Part shown: piece after piece, positions 10,415 to 20,163 of the stretch
How positions within the stretch are numbered: position 1 is the stretch's first letter
Layout of the letters: every line of letters starts with the position of its first letter
Assembly (NCBI GenBank): GCA_964456065.1
Contig: CAYVYW010000007.1
Coordinates: forward strand, 14,042 to 78,041
Direction of reading: 5' to 3'
Origin: an uncultured Geobacteraceae bacterium
GTDB lineage: Bacteria; Desulfobacterota; Desulfuromonadia; Geobacterales; Pseudopelobacteraceae
DNA: 64,000 nucleotides
Program-made: the position numbers and the translations under genes
Notes under the pieces: generated by a model
Told to the model about the DNA's origin: nothing
Databases searched by the model: none
What the model saw: the letters and a program-made list of their open reading frames with translations, nothing else

Positions 10415-11131
10415 ATGCTAACGAAAGTAACGATACCGTATGGAGAAGGAGTCTTGAAGGTGAAGGTATCCCTATTTCGTCGTTTATGGATTACAGCCTG
10501 TGCCATGCTGATCTGGATGTATGCAGCGGTTTTAAATCGTTTGAGGGTTACCGGTCTTGAGCATGTCCCATCCCATGGTGGTGTCCTGTTTGCCTCGAAC
10601 CATATTTCTCCCTTTGAGACGGTTTTTATGCCGGGTGTTTTGATTAAAAAATTTCCGTTTCAGATGGTGTGGGCTCCTGCTAAGGAAGAGTTGTTTGTAA
10701 AGCCGATTCAGCGTTTCATATACAGCTCCTGGGGAGCCTTCCCTGTAAGGCGGGGGCGGGATGTGCGAGCGGGGAAAGTTCTGAACGACCTGTTACAGAA
10801 TGAAAAAGTCATGCTTTTTCCCGAGGGAACCCGTCACAAGGATGGTCGCCTTGGTCAGGGCAACCGAGGTATGGGCAAAGTGATTTATGATGTCAGGCCG
10901 ACTGTCATTCCAACGGCATTGGTTGGGCTCAATCGTTGGGGATTTCCTTCCTTTGGTGCCCAAGGGCGCATCATTTTTGGCCAACCGCTGGATTTTAGTG
11001 ACCTCTTTCAAAAAGAAGATGGTAAGGAAACCCATCAGTTGATTGTTGAGCGTGTCATGCAGGCCATAGAAGGGCAATTACGTGACGCTGGTGCTTTTGT
11101 GGGTCGTGTGGGCGCAAAGGGTGAGGCATGA
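10415..11131 (+). CDS. 1-acyl-sn-glycerol-3-phosphate (lysophospholipid) acyltransferase family protein
   Basis: N-terminal TM, motif I NHISPFE (HX4E variant of HX4D) and motif [13 protein letters not shown]. The start is uncertain (ATG 10415 chosen). Confidence 0.75.
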   Translation: MLTKVTIPYGEGVLKVKVSLFRRLWITACAMLIWMYAAVLNRLRVTGLEHVPSHGGVLFASNHISPFETVFMPGVLIKKFPFQMVWAPAKEELFVKPIQRFIYSSWGAFPVRRGRDVRAGKVLNDLLQNEKVMLFPEGTRHKDGRLGQGNRGMGKVIYDVRPTVIPTALVGLNRWGFPSFGAQGRIIFGQPLDFSDLFQKEDGKETHQLIVERVMQAIEGQLRDAGAFVGRVGAKGEA

Positions 11132-11604
11132 CAACGCTGCTCACCAAGGTTGAGATTTTTTGTGATGGGGCCTGTAGTGGTAATCCTGGCCCAGGTGGTT
11201 ATGGTGCTATTCTGCGCTGTCGCGGGGTTGAAAAGGAGCTTTCAGGCGGTGAACCTGCCACAACAAATAACCGCATGGAGTTACAGGCGGCAATAGCAGC
11301 TCTGACCGAACTTACGCGACCCTGCCAGGTTACGGTTACGACCGACTCTCAGTACTTGGTGAAGGGTTGTACAGAGTGGGTGTATAGCTGGCAAAAAAAC
11401 GGTTGGAAAAATAGTAAAAAAGAGCCGGTTATGAACCGTGATCTCTGGGAACGTCTCGTAGAGTTGTTGGCAGCCCATCAGATTACCTGGTGTTGGGTAA
11501 AAGGGCATGCGGGCCATACTGAAAATGAGCGTTGTGATCAGTTAGCCCGTGAGGCACTGGAACGGACTCGGCCCGGGTCTGTTGAACCCGGGCCGAAACA
11601 TTGA
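11128..11604 (+). CDS. rnhA: Ribonuclease HI
   Basis: [22 protein letters not shown]...[14 protein letters not shown]...TDSQYL...[22 protein letters not shown] overlap with the upstream gene. Confidence 0.92.
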   Translation: MTTLLTKVEIFCDGACSGNPGPGGYGAILRCRGVEKELSGGEPATTNNRMELQAAIAALTELTRPCQVTVTTDSQYLVKGCTEWVYSWQKNGWKNSKKEPVMNRDLWERLVELLAAHQITWCWVKGHAGHTENERCDQLAREALERTRPGSVEPGPKH

Positions 11605-11606
11605 GG

Positions 11607-13061
11607 CTAAATACCACCCATGCAAAGATATTTGATTTCGAGGTAGTCCTCGATACCGTATTTCGATCCTTCTCTCCCCAATCCTGACTCTTTCACACCA
11701 CCAAAAGGGGCTATTTCTGTTGAAACAAGCCCTGTATTAATTCCGACCATGCCATATTCCAGTGCTTCAGAAACACGCCAGACGCGACCGATATCGCGGG
11801 TGTAGAGATAGGAGGCGAGGCCAAATTCAGTGTCATTAGCCATGCGAATGGCGTCTTCTTCCGTGTCAAATGCAAAAATAGGGGCTACGGGGCCAAAGGT
11901 CTCCTCCCGCGCAACCATCATTGCCGGGGTAACATCACAGAGAATGGTTGGTTGAAAAAACGTGCCGCCTAAGGCATGTCGTTTGCCACCTAAAGCGACC
12001 CGTGCACCCTTTGCCACGGCATCGGCAATATGTTCCTCGACTTTCGCTACTGAGGCCTCATCAATGAGCGGCCCCTGCTGGACATCATCAGTCAGACCAT
12101 TTCCGACCTTCATGGCAGCCACTGCGTGGGCAAGTTTCTCAGCAAAGAGGTCATATACTCCACGCTGTACGAGAAGCCTGTTGGTGCAGACACAGGTTTG
12201 ACCTGTGTTACGATACTTTGACGCTACAGCTCCTTCCACTGCTGCATCGAGATCTGCATCATCAAAGACGATAAAGGGTGCATTCCCTCCCAGTTCCATG
12301 GAAACTTTTTTCATGGTGGCTGCTGATTGAGCTGTAAGGTGTTTGCCGATTTCCGTTGAGCCTGTGAAGGTCAGCTTACGGATAATGGGGTTGCCGGTCA
12401 TTTCATCGCCAATTTCCTTGGAGGACCCGGTGATGACACTAAAAACGCCGGCAGGGATACCGGCACGTTCTCCGAGTTCAGCCAGGGCAAGAGCAGAATA
12501 AGGGGTTGCTGTGGCCGGTTTTACGACCATGGTGCATCCCGCAGCTAAGGCAGGCCCTGCTTTTCTGGTAATCATTGCCGATGGGAAGTTCCAAGGGGTG
12601 ATGGCTGCGCAGACGCCGATCGGCTCTTTAATGACAACAATACGTTTATCACGGGCATGGGCTGGAATGGTGTCCCCGTAAATACGTTTTCCCTCTTCAG
12701 CGAACCACTCTATGAAGGAGGCGGCATAGGCTATTTCACCACGGGACTCTGCGAGCGGCTTCCCCTGTTCAGCGGTCATAATGATGGCAAGGTCTTCTTG
12801 ATGAAGCATCATCAAATCAAACCAGCGCCGTAGTATCTGAGAGCGCTCTTTTGCTGTTTTGGCTCGCCATGCGGGCAGGGCCTTTTCAGCGGCTTCAATA
12901 GCACGACGTGTTTCAATGGTTCCCATACGGGGGATCTGCCCAAGAACCTCTCCGGTTGCTGGATTAGTGACCGCAATGGTTTCCCCCCCATCGGCGGACA
13001 GCCATTGACCGTTGCTATAGCATTGCTGACGTAAAAGAGTTGGGTCTTGCAGAGTAATCAT
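11607..13061 (-). CDS. gabD: NAD(P)+-dependent succinate-semialdehyde dehydrogenase
   Basis: Aldehyde dehydrogenase family with GabD-like sequence (ITPWNFP, VSMELGGNAPFIVFDDADLD, TGQTCVCTNR). Start set to MITLQ (13061). Confidence 0.85.
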   Translation of the reverse strand: MITLQDPTLLRQQCYSNGQWLSADGGETIAVTNPATGEVLGQIPRMGTIETRRAIEAAEKALPAWRAKTAKERSQILRRWFDLMMLHQEDLAIIMTAEQGKPLAESRGEIAYAASFIEWFAEEGKRIYGDTIPAHARDKRIVVIKEPIGVCAAITPWNFPSAMITRKAGPALAAGCTMVVKPATATPYSALALAELGERAGIPAGVFSVITGSSKEIGDEMTGNPIIRKLTFTGSTEIGKHLTAQSAATMKKVSMELGGNAPFIVFDDADLDAAVEGAVASKYRNTGQTCVCTNRLLVQRGVYDLFAEKLAHAVAAMKVGNGLTDDVQQGPLIDEASVAKVEEHIADAVAKGARVALGGKRHALGGTFFQPTILCDVTPAMMVAREETFGPVAPIFAFDTEEDAIRMANDTEFGLASYLYTRDIGRVWRVSEALEYGMVGINTGLVSTEIAPFGGVKESGLGREGSKYGIEDYLEIKYLCMGGI

Positions 13062-13199
13062 GGAAAACACCTCCGAGCGCAGTCTTGATGACAAGCTGTC
13101 ACGAGATGGTATAGCGTATTCAACGGTCGCTGTCGATGGGTTTCAGAGAGAAGGAAGAGAAAATGCTCCTGGCGATGTGGTTAACCAGGAGCACCAACT

Positions 13200-13478
13200 T
13201 TATTTTTTGTTAAGCGCCTCACGAAGGACGATGCTTGGTTTAAAACTAATCGATTTCTTAGCATCTATGGTGATACTGGCACCGGTTTGGGGATTGCGCC
13301 CTTTACGTGCAGCTTTTTGGCGTAGTTCAAAATTACCAAAACCGGAAATTTTTAGCTCCTCACCCTGTACCAAGGTGTCTTTAATCAGGTCGATGACGGT
13401 GTCGAGTAACTCCTGAGCTTTACGATTCGTCAAGCCGGTGGCATCTTGCAAACGGTTAGCAAGGTCTGATTTTCTCAT
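13200..13478 (-). CDS. HU/IHF-family DNA-binding protein (IHF-alpha-like)
   Basis: 92 aa containing ...ISGFGNFELRQKAARKGRNPQTGASITIDAKKSISFKPS..., the DNA-binding arm of the HU/IHF family. Confidence 0.85.
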   Translation of the reverse strand: MRKSDLANRLQDATGLTNRKAQELLDTVIDLIKDTLVQGEELKISGFGNFELRQKAARKGRNPQTGASITIDAKKSISFKPSIVLREALNKK

Positions 13479-13631
13479 GGTCTACTCCTCAAATTACTAG
13501 GTTTGATATTGTTTTTTATATTCGATTAGCATAACTGCCTTAATTGCTGCCACTCTCCAATACTCACAAATACTCACATTTAGCATTTTTAATTTCTTTG
13601 AAGCCGCTTACAGGCATGATACCATAGTAAT

Positions 13632-14366
13632 ATGCATACGATGAGCATACCCAAAGGCAGTGATTGTTATCGTGTCGCCATCATCGAGGATGATGATGAC
13701 CTGCGTCTCAATACGTCTCTCTTTCTCTCCTCCCGTGGATTTTTAGTCTGGTCGGCTGCTTCTGCAGAGGAATTCTTTCGCCGTTTGGCGGGGGAGCCGG
13801 CTGATGTTGTGCTGGTTGATCTTGGTCTACCAGGTGAGGATGGCCTCTCAGTTGTGCGCTATTTGCGGAGCCTGCAACGCTATGCCATTATTGTTATGAC
13901 GGCGCGGGGCGGTCTTGAAGAACGGATAGCGGGCCTTGAACAGGGTGCCGACTACTACTTTGTAAAGCCCGTCGATCTCTATGAGTTATCGGCAGGTATT
14001 CTTGCGGTGCTACGCTCACATAAACATTCGACGCAGGAACAGGATACGCTTATTTCCGCGCCGGAGTGGATTTTAAAGCGCAGTGAGGCTGTGTTAGTCG
14101 CTCCAACACAAATCAGTATTCCTGTCACCTCCCACGAGTTGATTTTATTAGAATGCCTGATGGGGGAGGCTGAAAAAATATTCGCCAAAAACGACCTCCT
14201 GGAATTGTTTGGTGCTGACACTGCTGAAGCTGATTTTCATCGTATAGAAGTGTTGGTATCTCGCTTACGGGCTAAAGTCCTCCAGATATCAGGCCTGCGA
14301 TTACCCCTTCGTTCTGTTTTTGGTAAAGGGATGACCTTTATCGGAAGTCCTGAGGTGCTTCCGTGA
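13632..14366 (+). CDS. OmpR/PhoB-family response regulator
   Basis: Receiver (VAIIEDDDDLR...VVLVDLGLPGEDG...YYFVKP) plus a C-terminal winged-helix (LTSHELILLECL...VLVSRLRAKV...GKGMTF). Confidence 0.85.
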   Translation: MHTMSIPKGSDCYRVAIIEDDDDLRLNTSLFLSSRGFLVWSAASAEEFFRRLAGEPADVVLVDLGLPGEDGLSVVRYLRSLQRYAIIVMTARGGLEERIAGLEQGADYYFVKPVDLYELSAGILAVLRSHKHSTQEQDTLISAPEWILKRSEAVLVAPTQISIPVTSHELILLECLMGEAEKIFAKNDLLELFGADTAEADFHRIEVLVSRLRAKVLQISGLRLPLRSVFGKGMTFIGSPEVLP

Positions 14367-16702
14367 CGCGGTGGCCACGGTTTTCCGGTATCACCTTCCT
14401 GATGGCTGCCCTGCTCTGCATTTCGCTAGCCGGCGTACTCCTTGCCGGTCAAAGCTCGCTTCCTTTCGGTACACCACTAACACTCAGCTATTACCGTGAT
14501 AGCAGCGCTACGATGGCGGTATCTGAAATAGCCGACTTACCGGTTGATGCGTTTAAAAATGGTGGGAGTAACCCGAGCTTTAGTTATACGGATGATGCCA
14601 TTTGGGTTCGTCTTGCATGGCCGGGGATAGTTCTTGCTGAACCTCTCTTACTTGAAGTGCTTCCTTCGACACTGGATTCGGTCAGTGTCTACCAGTTCTG
14701 GCCAGGAGCCGGGTGGCAGGTACGTCAGAGTGGCGATCGCTTTCCTTATGACAGTCGAGAAGTAGCGGCTCGGGCCTTTGTCTTTCAGCTGAGCGAAATA
14801 GAACACCCCGTTTTCATACGTATTACGAGCAGTAACTCCCTTTTCCTTCGTATGGTATTGTGGGAAGCTGGGGCGTATCACAAGCATGCCAGTATGCTGA
14901 CCATGGTATGGGGGCTCTACTTCGGGCTGACCGGTGGCATGCTGTTTCTGCTGTTGCTCAACTTGCGGGGGCGACAGGGACGCTCGTATCTGGTGTTGTC
15001 GGTGGCATTGCTGTTTAATATCCTTCATATAGCCATGATGCAGGGGTTTGTGGCCTTCATCTTAGGGGCTCCCTACGATGTAATGGCGGATGTCTTACCT
15101 AAAATAACAGGTATCCTTTCCATGGCCGCAGCTATCTATGCCCTGCGAGAGTTCTACCTTTTGGGGAAGGCACCGCACCACATGGTCCAACTCTATACCG
15201 TTATGACGGTAATTGTGGCATCTTTGCCCCTTGCCATCGGAACACTTCCGTTTCCCCTTGTTGTGAAAATTGGCTATTACCTGTTACTGGCTGCCATCTT
15301 AGGCAGTTGTTACGCCTATATCCGCTATAAGCAGTACCAGTCTATCACGGGTCGCTTATTGGGAGCAGCCTTACTTGCTTACCTTGGGGTTTACCTTACG
15401 GTGATGCTTGGTTTCCTTGGGGTGACCGCCACGGGAATGCTTGGTCAGGAACTGCGCCATACGGTCTTTTTTCTCTTCGCCCTAACGGCCTGCCTTTCTC
15501 TGATTCTCGAGGGGAGAACGTTTCACCGCTACGAACTCGAGGAGCAAAAACGACGATTAAGTGATGTTGAGCGGGGACGGGAAGACCTGGGGCGTCAGTA
15601 TCAAGAGCAGCAGGTATCTTTGCGTTATCGTGAGTCTCAGTTCCGCTCAATCCTCCAAGCTTCGCCCGAAAATATCAGTATTACCGATCTTGATGGTACG
15701 CTGACGCTGGTAAACCGTGCCGGTCTGCTATTATTTGGGTACAATCGTCTTGAGGAGATGGTTGGCCTATCGCTCTTGGATCTTGTTGCGCCAGAGGAGC
15801 GTGTCCGTGCGATGGAACACCTCGCCGGTATCAAAGAAGGGCATTTCCCAGGGACACAGGAATATCGGGTGCTCCGCAAAGACGGAACAGATTTTTATAT
15901 TGAGTCCAGTGCCGAATTCATCAGAAATGATGAGGGAGAGCCACTGAGTGTCGTCATTATCGGCAGAGATGTAACCGAGCGCAGGAAGATTCGCGAGGAG
16001 TTGGAACAGGCGCTTGCTCGTGAACGCAAAGTTCTGTTGGATCAAAAACTCTTCCTCAGCATGGTTAGTCATGAATTCAGAACACCCTTGGCGGTGGTTG
16101 ATAGCGCTGCTGTCAATCTGACAGCCGTTCCCCCTAGAAGTGATGATGAGCTGGGTGAGCGTGCGCGCCAGATTAAGCGGGCAGCTTCTGCCATGTCACT
16201 CTTGATTGAAAACTGTCTGACCATGGAACGTCTGGAGCAGGGTGGGTTTTCACCGATTCGTGCTTGGGTTGATGTTGCGCAGTTGATTAATGATGCTTCA
16301 TATCTTGTGCATTGGTCGCCACGCCATCAGCTTGAGCTTGATCTTGCGGGTATGCCGGCTAGCTGGCAGCTCGATTCTGCGCTCATACGGGTTGTTTTGT
16401 CGAATCTTTTGGATAATGCGATTAAATATACCGCCATGGGAACCATCAGGGTGACGGGGCGAGAAGAGTTGGGCATGCTGGTGATTGCGGTTGAGGATCA
16501 CGGTGAAGGGGTACCCTTCGCTGACCAGTCAGCATTATTTGAAAAATATCAGCGGGGGCAGGAAGGGGTGGCACTGAGAACGCGAGGAAGCGGTCTTGGG
16601 CTTTACACGAGTCGTATGATTGTGGAAGCCCACGGCGGAACCCTTATCCTTGCATCAAGTCAGCCTGGGCAGACGGTTTTTGAAATCAGACTTCCCGCCT
16701 AA
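14363..16702 (+). CDS. 7TMR-DISM-type membrane sensor histidine kinase (periplasmic domain, 7 TM, PAS, HisKA, HATPase_c)
   Basis: Signal/TM, a roughly 150-aa extracytoplasmic domain, multiple TM helices, PAS (ISITDLDGTLTLVNRAG), H-box MVSHEFRTPLAVV and G-boxes (DHGEGV, GSGLGLY). The GTG start overlaps the regulator stop. Confidence 0.85.
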   Translation: MTRWPRFSGITFLMAALLCISLAGVLLAGQSSLPFGTPLTLSYYRDSSATMAVSEIADLPVDAFKNGGSNPSFSYTDDAIWVRLAWPGIVLAEPLLLEVLPSTLDSVSVYQFWPGAGWQVRQSGDRFPYDSREVAARAFVFQLSEIEHPVFIRITSSNSLFLRMVLWEAGAYHKHASMLTMVWGLYFGLTGGMLFLLLLNLRGRQGRSYLVLSVALLFNILHIAMMQGFVAFILGAPYDVMADVLPKITGILSMAAAIYALREFYLLGKAPHHMVQLYTVMTVIVASLPLAIGTLPFPLVVKIGYYLLLAAILGSCYAYIRYKQYQSITGRLLGAALLAYLGVYLTVMLGFLGVTATGMLGQELRHTVFFLFALTACLSLILEGRTFHRYELEEQKRRLSDVERGREDLGRQYQEQQVSLRYRESQFRSILQASPENISITDLDGTLTLVNRAGLLLFGYNRLEEMVGLSLLDLVAPEERVRAMEHLAGIKEGHFPGTQEYRVLRKDGTDFYIESSAEFIRNDEGEPLSVVIIGRDVTERRKIREELEQALARERKVLLDQKLFLSMVSHEFRTPLAVVDSAAVNLTAVPPRSDDELGERARQIKRAASAMSLLIENCLTMERLEQGGFSPIRAWVDVAQLINDASYLVHWSPRHQLELDLAGMPASWQLDSALIRVVLSNLLDNAIKYTAMGTIRVTGREELGMLVIAVEDHGEGVPFADQSALFEKYQRGQEGVALRTRGSGLGLYTSRMIVEAHGGTLILASSQPGQTVFEIRLPA

Positions 16703-17813
16703 TTGGCCCGGGCCCCAGTAACTCTGCAACGGCAGCCAAGACCTGCTCAGGGGTGATTTCAGCAAGGCATGGCGGTGGTTTGTGATCATTATTGCACCCT
16801 TCCTGTGCACAGGGGACACAGTCCCGCTCTGACTGGATGACAATGGCATTTCCGCTACGCTGTGTTCCGTTTTTCAGTGGGCACTGTTCCTTGATCGGTC
16901 CGTTATTATCCCAGGGTGACCAACAATGTACCAAGGTAGGACCGAAAAGGGTCACTAAGGGGGTATTCGTGCTTGCTGCCAGATGGGTAATGGCAGTATC
17001 GAGGCCGATAAACAGCGCTGACTCATGTAAGAGGCAGGCCATCTGATTGAGATTAAAGCGTCCAGGAAGTAATATCGGAGGGTGGCTACAATAGCCTGCG
17101 GCCCGTTCCAGTTCCTGGATTTCCTGCGGGCTCGGTGATGAAGTCCATACCGGTGTCAGGCCGTAGTGCTCCACGAGCAGATCGCTTGTCTGTGCAAACT
17201 TTTCAAAGGACCAAAACTTGTACTGCCAGCGTGCAAAAGGGTGTATCACGACAAAAGGTTTAGTAACCCCTTCACGCCCTAATTCCTCACGGACCTTGTC
17301 CTCATCACGACTATCCCATCTAACACGAACTTCAAGTTTCTCAACCCTTATGCCGAGTGCTTCAGCAATCTGTTGGCAGAGTCTTATGTAATGCTGCTGT
17401 GACCGGTAGTTAATAGTATGACTATAAGTTAGTCGCTTCCAGGCATCTTTTATTGGGCTGCTGCCGTGAATAAAGCCGACCCGCCAACGCCGGCTGGCGG
17501 TTAAAACGGCTATGGAACCACGGTCTGATGGATTCATGGTGATAGCGAGGTCATACTGGCGGAAGAGCGTGAGAAGGTAGCGGTTTCTCTTGAAAAGAGA
17601 GCGTCCATGAGACGGCTCTATATAATGTACTGCGCGGACATCAGGGTCACGTTCGAGAAACTCTCCCGTGCCCCGTGAGACGAGAAAGTCTATGGTGGCA
17701 TCAGGATAGGCCTGCTTAAGCAGAGCAATCAATGGGGTTGACAGAATAACGTCGCCAATCAGCCTGATATTGCTGATAAGAATATGACGTGGGGTAATGC
17801 TGGTATCTGTCAT
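16686..17813 (-). CDS. Glycosyltransferase family 9 (LPS heptosyltransferase-like)
   Basis: ILISNIRLIGDVILSTPLIALLKQAYPDATIDFLV and ...LFIGLDTAITHLAAS... are typical of the RfaF/RfaC family. The 3' end overlaps the convergent kinase gene by 17 nt. Confidence 0.8.
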   Translation of the reverse strand: MTDTSITPRHILISNIRLIGDVILSTPLIALLKQAYPDATIDFLVSRGTGEFLERDPDVRAVHYIEPSHGRSLFKRNRYLLTLFRQYDLAITMNPSDRGSIAVLTASRRWRVGFIHGSSPIKDAWKRLTYSHTINYRSQQHYIRLCQQIAEALGIRVEKLEVRVRWDSRDEDKVREELGREGVTKPFVVIHPFARWQYKFWSFEKFAQTSDLLVEHYGLTPVWTSSPSPQEIQELERAAGYCSHPPILLPGRFNLNQMACLLHESALFIGLDTAITHLAASTNTPLVTLFGPTLVHCWSPWDNNGPIKEQCPLKNGTQRSGNAIVIQSERDCVPCAQEGCNNDHKPPPCLAEITPEQVLAAVAELLGPGPIRREV

Positions 17814-17902
17814 GGACCAATCCTAAAAAAGTATGCAGCCATTATAGGGGAGCTACCATGAAAAAACAAGGCCGGACTTGGTGCTGTTTTTAGTATGGGC
17901 TC

Positions 17903-18523
17903 TTATATGCCGGTAATGATAAGTCGCAGCGCCAATACACTGAAGATCGCAGCAGTTAGATAGGTCAAAAGCCCACTGATACGGGGATGGCGTACCAGCA
18001 GGTTCCCGATAGCTCCGGCCCCCCAGGCCAGGGAAGTGAAAAGAACGGTTGCCTGTACATAAAACAATAGTCCGAACACCGACATAATCAAGAAGGGGAA
18101 CGGTACGTCTCTTGGTATGAACTGGGGTAGAAAGGCCACAAAGAACAACGTTACCTTCGGGTTCAAAAGATTCATGATCAGGCCGCGTCTGAAGAGGTGA
18201 CGAGAAGGGGTGAGGTCACTTCCCGGTTTATTGAGTGGTTTGTTCCTAAGCATCTGCCAGGCGCAGAAAAGCAGATAGGTCGCACCGGCATACTGGATAA
18301 TAGTGAAGAGGGTAGGTGCGTGCCTCAGTAGTGTTGCAATACCGCTTGCAGCCAAGAGGGTGTGAATGAAAATACCACTTGTCATGCCGAGTGCCGTTCT
18401 CACGGCTTCATGACGGCCACGGCTGATGCCAAGACCCAAGACCAGCATGTTGTCAGGGCCGGGTGTTATGGTTAGCAGAACGGAGGCCGCAAGAAACCCT
18501 GCGATATGCTGCCAGTCAAGCAT
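17903..18523 (-). CDS. LysE/RhtB-family amino-acid exporter
   Basis: FLAASVLLTITPGPDNMLVLGLGISRG, six hydrophobic segments, 206 aa. Confidence 0.85.
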   Translation of the reverse strand: MLDWQHIAGFLAASVLLTITPGPDNMLVLGLGISRGRHEAVRTALGMTSGIFIHTLLAASGIATLLRHAPTLFTIIQYAGATYLLFCAWQMLRNKPLNKPGSDLTPSRHLFRRGLIMNLLNPKVTLFFVAFLPQFIPRDVPFPFLIMSVFGLLFYVQATVLFTSLAWGAGAIGNLLVRHPRISGLLTYLTAAIFSVLALRLIITGI

Positions 18524-18526
18524 GCT

Positions 18527-18997
18527 TTAGATAACGAAATCAATAACAGGCTGTCGGGGTTGCGATGTGGTTACTGGAGCGGTAAAAAGGTAGCCGATGG
18601 CGTGGGCTGTTTTGATAGGGGCACTATTATCACCAGCATTTTTGACCTTTGTACGCAAACGTCTCACGAGCGAGTCAAGGGAACGCGAAGTGTGGTAGTC
18701 GTAGCGGGCATAGAGTTTTTCTGCAATCGTATCCCGTCTGACGGGTGTCCCTTCGGCATTCACCAGGAGTGTCACGAAACTGTATTCATTCGGGGTCAGA
18801 TTGATATGCATACCCTGGGGGGTTGTCAGTTGCCACGAGCGGAGATTGAGAAACCATCCCGTGCCGTGTACGGGTGTCATGGTGGCACTTGCTGCGGATT
18901 GGCGTAGCAGCTTTTTAATGCCCGGATGATGATGGAGCGGGAGGCTCGTGGAAGTCATCATCGTATGGAGGTTAATATGGTCAACCTGTTTTGTCAC
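18527..18997 (-). CDS. Stand-alone OmpR/PhoB-type winged-helix DNA-binding protein (no receiver domain)
   Basis: WQLTTPQGMHINLTPNEYSFVTLLV...SLDSLVRRLRTKV...IKTAHAIGYLF matches a Trans_reg_C domain. The roughly 50-aa N-terminus has no receiver motifs. It lies 3 nt upstream of the LysE gene. Confidence 0.65.
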   Translation of the reverse strand: MTKQVDHINLHTMMTSTSLPLHHHPGIKKLLRQSAASATMTPVHGTGWFLNLRSWQLTTPQGMHINLTPNEYSFVTLLVNAEGTPVRRDTIAEKLYARYDYHTSRSLDSLVRRLRTKVKNAGDNSAPIKTAHAIGYLFTAPVTTSQPRQPVIDFVI

Positions 18998-19282
18998 AAC
19001 GTCTCCTTTAGTCCCGAGATATTCGGGTGTCCAATAGAGGATTTAAAAGGTCTACCTTATCTAATTTGTAAGCAAAAAAACGTAAACTCAGAAAACTGAG
19101 CGAATAAAAAACATAATGCTTATAGTGTTTTATGATTATATTGTAAACACAATAATTATGGTGTGGCGGATATTGGCCACCTCAAAAATGATTTTCCGTA
19201 GTGTTTATGTGTGTTTTTCTGCATTTGCATGCTGTATTATTTTTGCAACACTATACTCAAAAATATCAGTGAAGAGGTGTTT

Positions 19283-20053
19283 ATGGAGAAGATGCCCCCC
19301 CTGTCAGTTTTCGATGCACATTTACACATAATCGACTCTCGCTACCCACTAGTTGAGAACCAAGGCTACCTGCCTCCAACCTTTACTGTGGATGCATACC
19401 GTAATGCTATGGCACCGTATCATCTCGTGGGTGGAGCCGTTGTTTCTGGCTCGTTTCAAGCTTTTGACCAAACATACCTTGTGGATGCTCTGGAAAAACT
19501 TGGTCCGGGTTTTGTTGGGGTTACGCAAGTGCCCATGACCATCGCAGATGCAGAGATTATGGCACTTGACCGGTGTGGTGTGCGGGCAGTTCGTTTTAAT
19601 ATGAAGCGGGGTGGGTCTGAAGATATTGCGATGCTGCGTGAAATGGCCTGGAGGGTCCACGAACTTGCCGGATGGCATGTTGAACTCTATGCTGATGCCG
19701 CTAAGCTTGAGGCCCTTGGAGAGCTTCTTGTGTCGATACCTGCAGTTAGTATTGATCACCTTGGCTTAACACGGAAAGGCTTGCCTTTTTTGACCCGGCT
19801 CGTTGCTCAAGGAGTTATGGTGAAAGCAACCGGCTTTAGCCGGGTTGATTTTGACGTTGCTCAGGCACTTAGGCAGCTGTACCGTGAAAACCCCGACGGG
19901 CTTATGTTTGGGACTGACCTCCCTGGGACCAGAGCCCCGCGGCCTTACGACCATACTGATTATCAAGTCATTGTTGATGCACTCGGTAGTGAGGGAGCCA
20001 GAAAGGTTTTCTTTGAAAACGGGATGCGCTTTTATCGGCTCATGGAGGGATGA
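19283..20053 (+). CDS. Amidohydrolase_2-family metal-dependent hydrolase (LigI/lactonase-like)
   Basis: FDAHLHII... at the N-terminus, ...SIDHLG... and ...MFGTDLP. Start moved to ATG 19283, which is preceded by GAAGAGG. The track start lies in an AT-rich leader. Confidence 0.7.
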   Translation: MEKMPPLSVFDAHLHIIDSRYPLVENQGYLPPTFTVDAYRNAMAPYHLVGGAVVSGSFQAFDQTYLVDALEKLGPGFVGVTQVPMTIADAEIMALDRCGVRAVRFNMKRGGSEDIAMLREMAWRVHELAGWHVELYADAAKLEALGELLVSIPAVSIDHLGLTRKGLPFLTRLVAQGVMVKATGFSRVDFDVAQALRQLYRENPDGLMFGTDLPGTRAPRPYDHTDYQVIVDALGSEGARKVFFENGMRFYRLMEG

Positions 20054-20163
20054 TGCTCACGATGAGCACGAGAGCAGAAATTGATAACGTTGCAGTTCAT
20101 AATGAAGTCCTGGCGATTTGCTCTTTTCGCCGTTGGCTGTGATCACTATGACACAACTGCACC

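Noticed and set aside
19116-19331. 71-aa ORF and the extended 19211 start in the AT-rich region upstream of the amidohydrolase
   Set aside because: These are hydrophobic, Cys-rich translations of AT-rich promoter DNA. The amidohydrolase has a good RBS and ATG at 19283, right before its conserved DAHLH motif.
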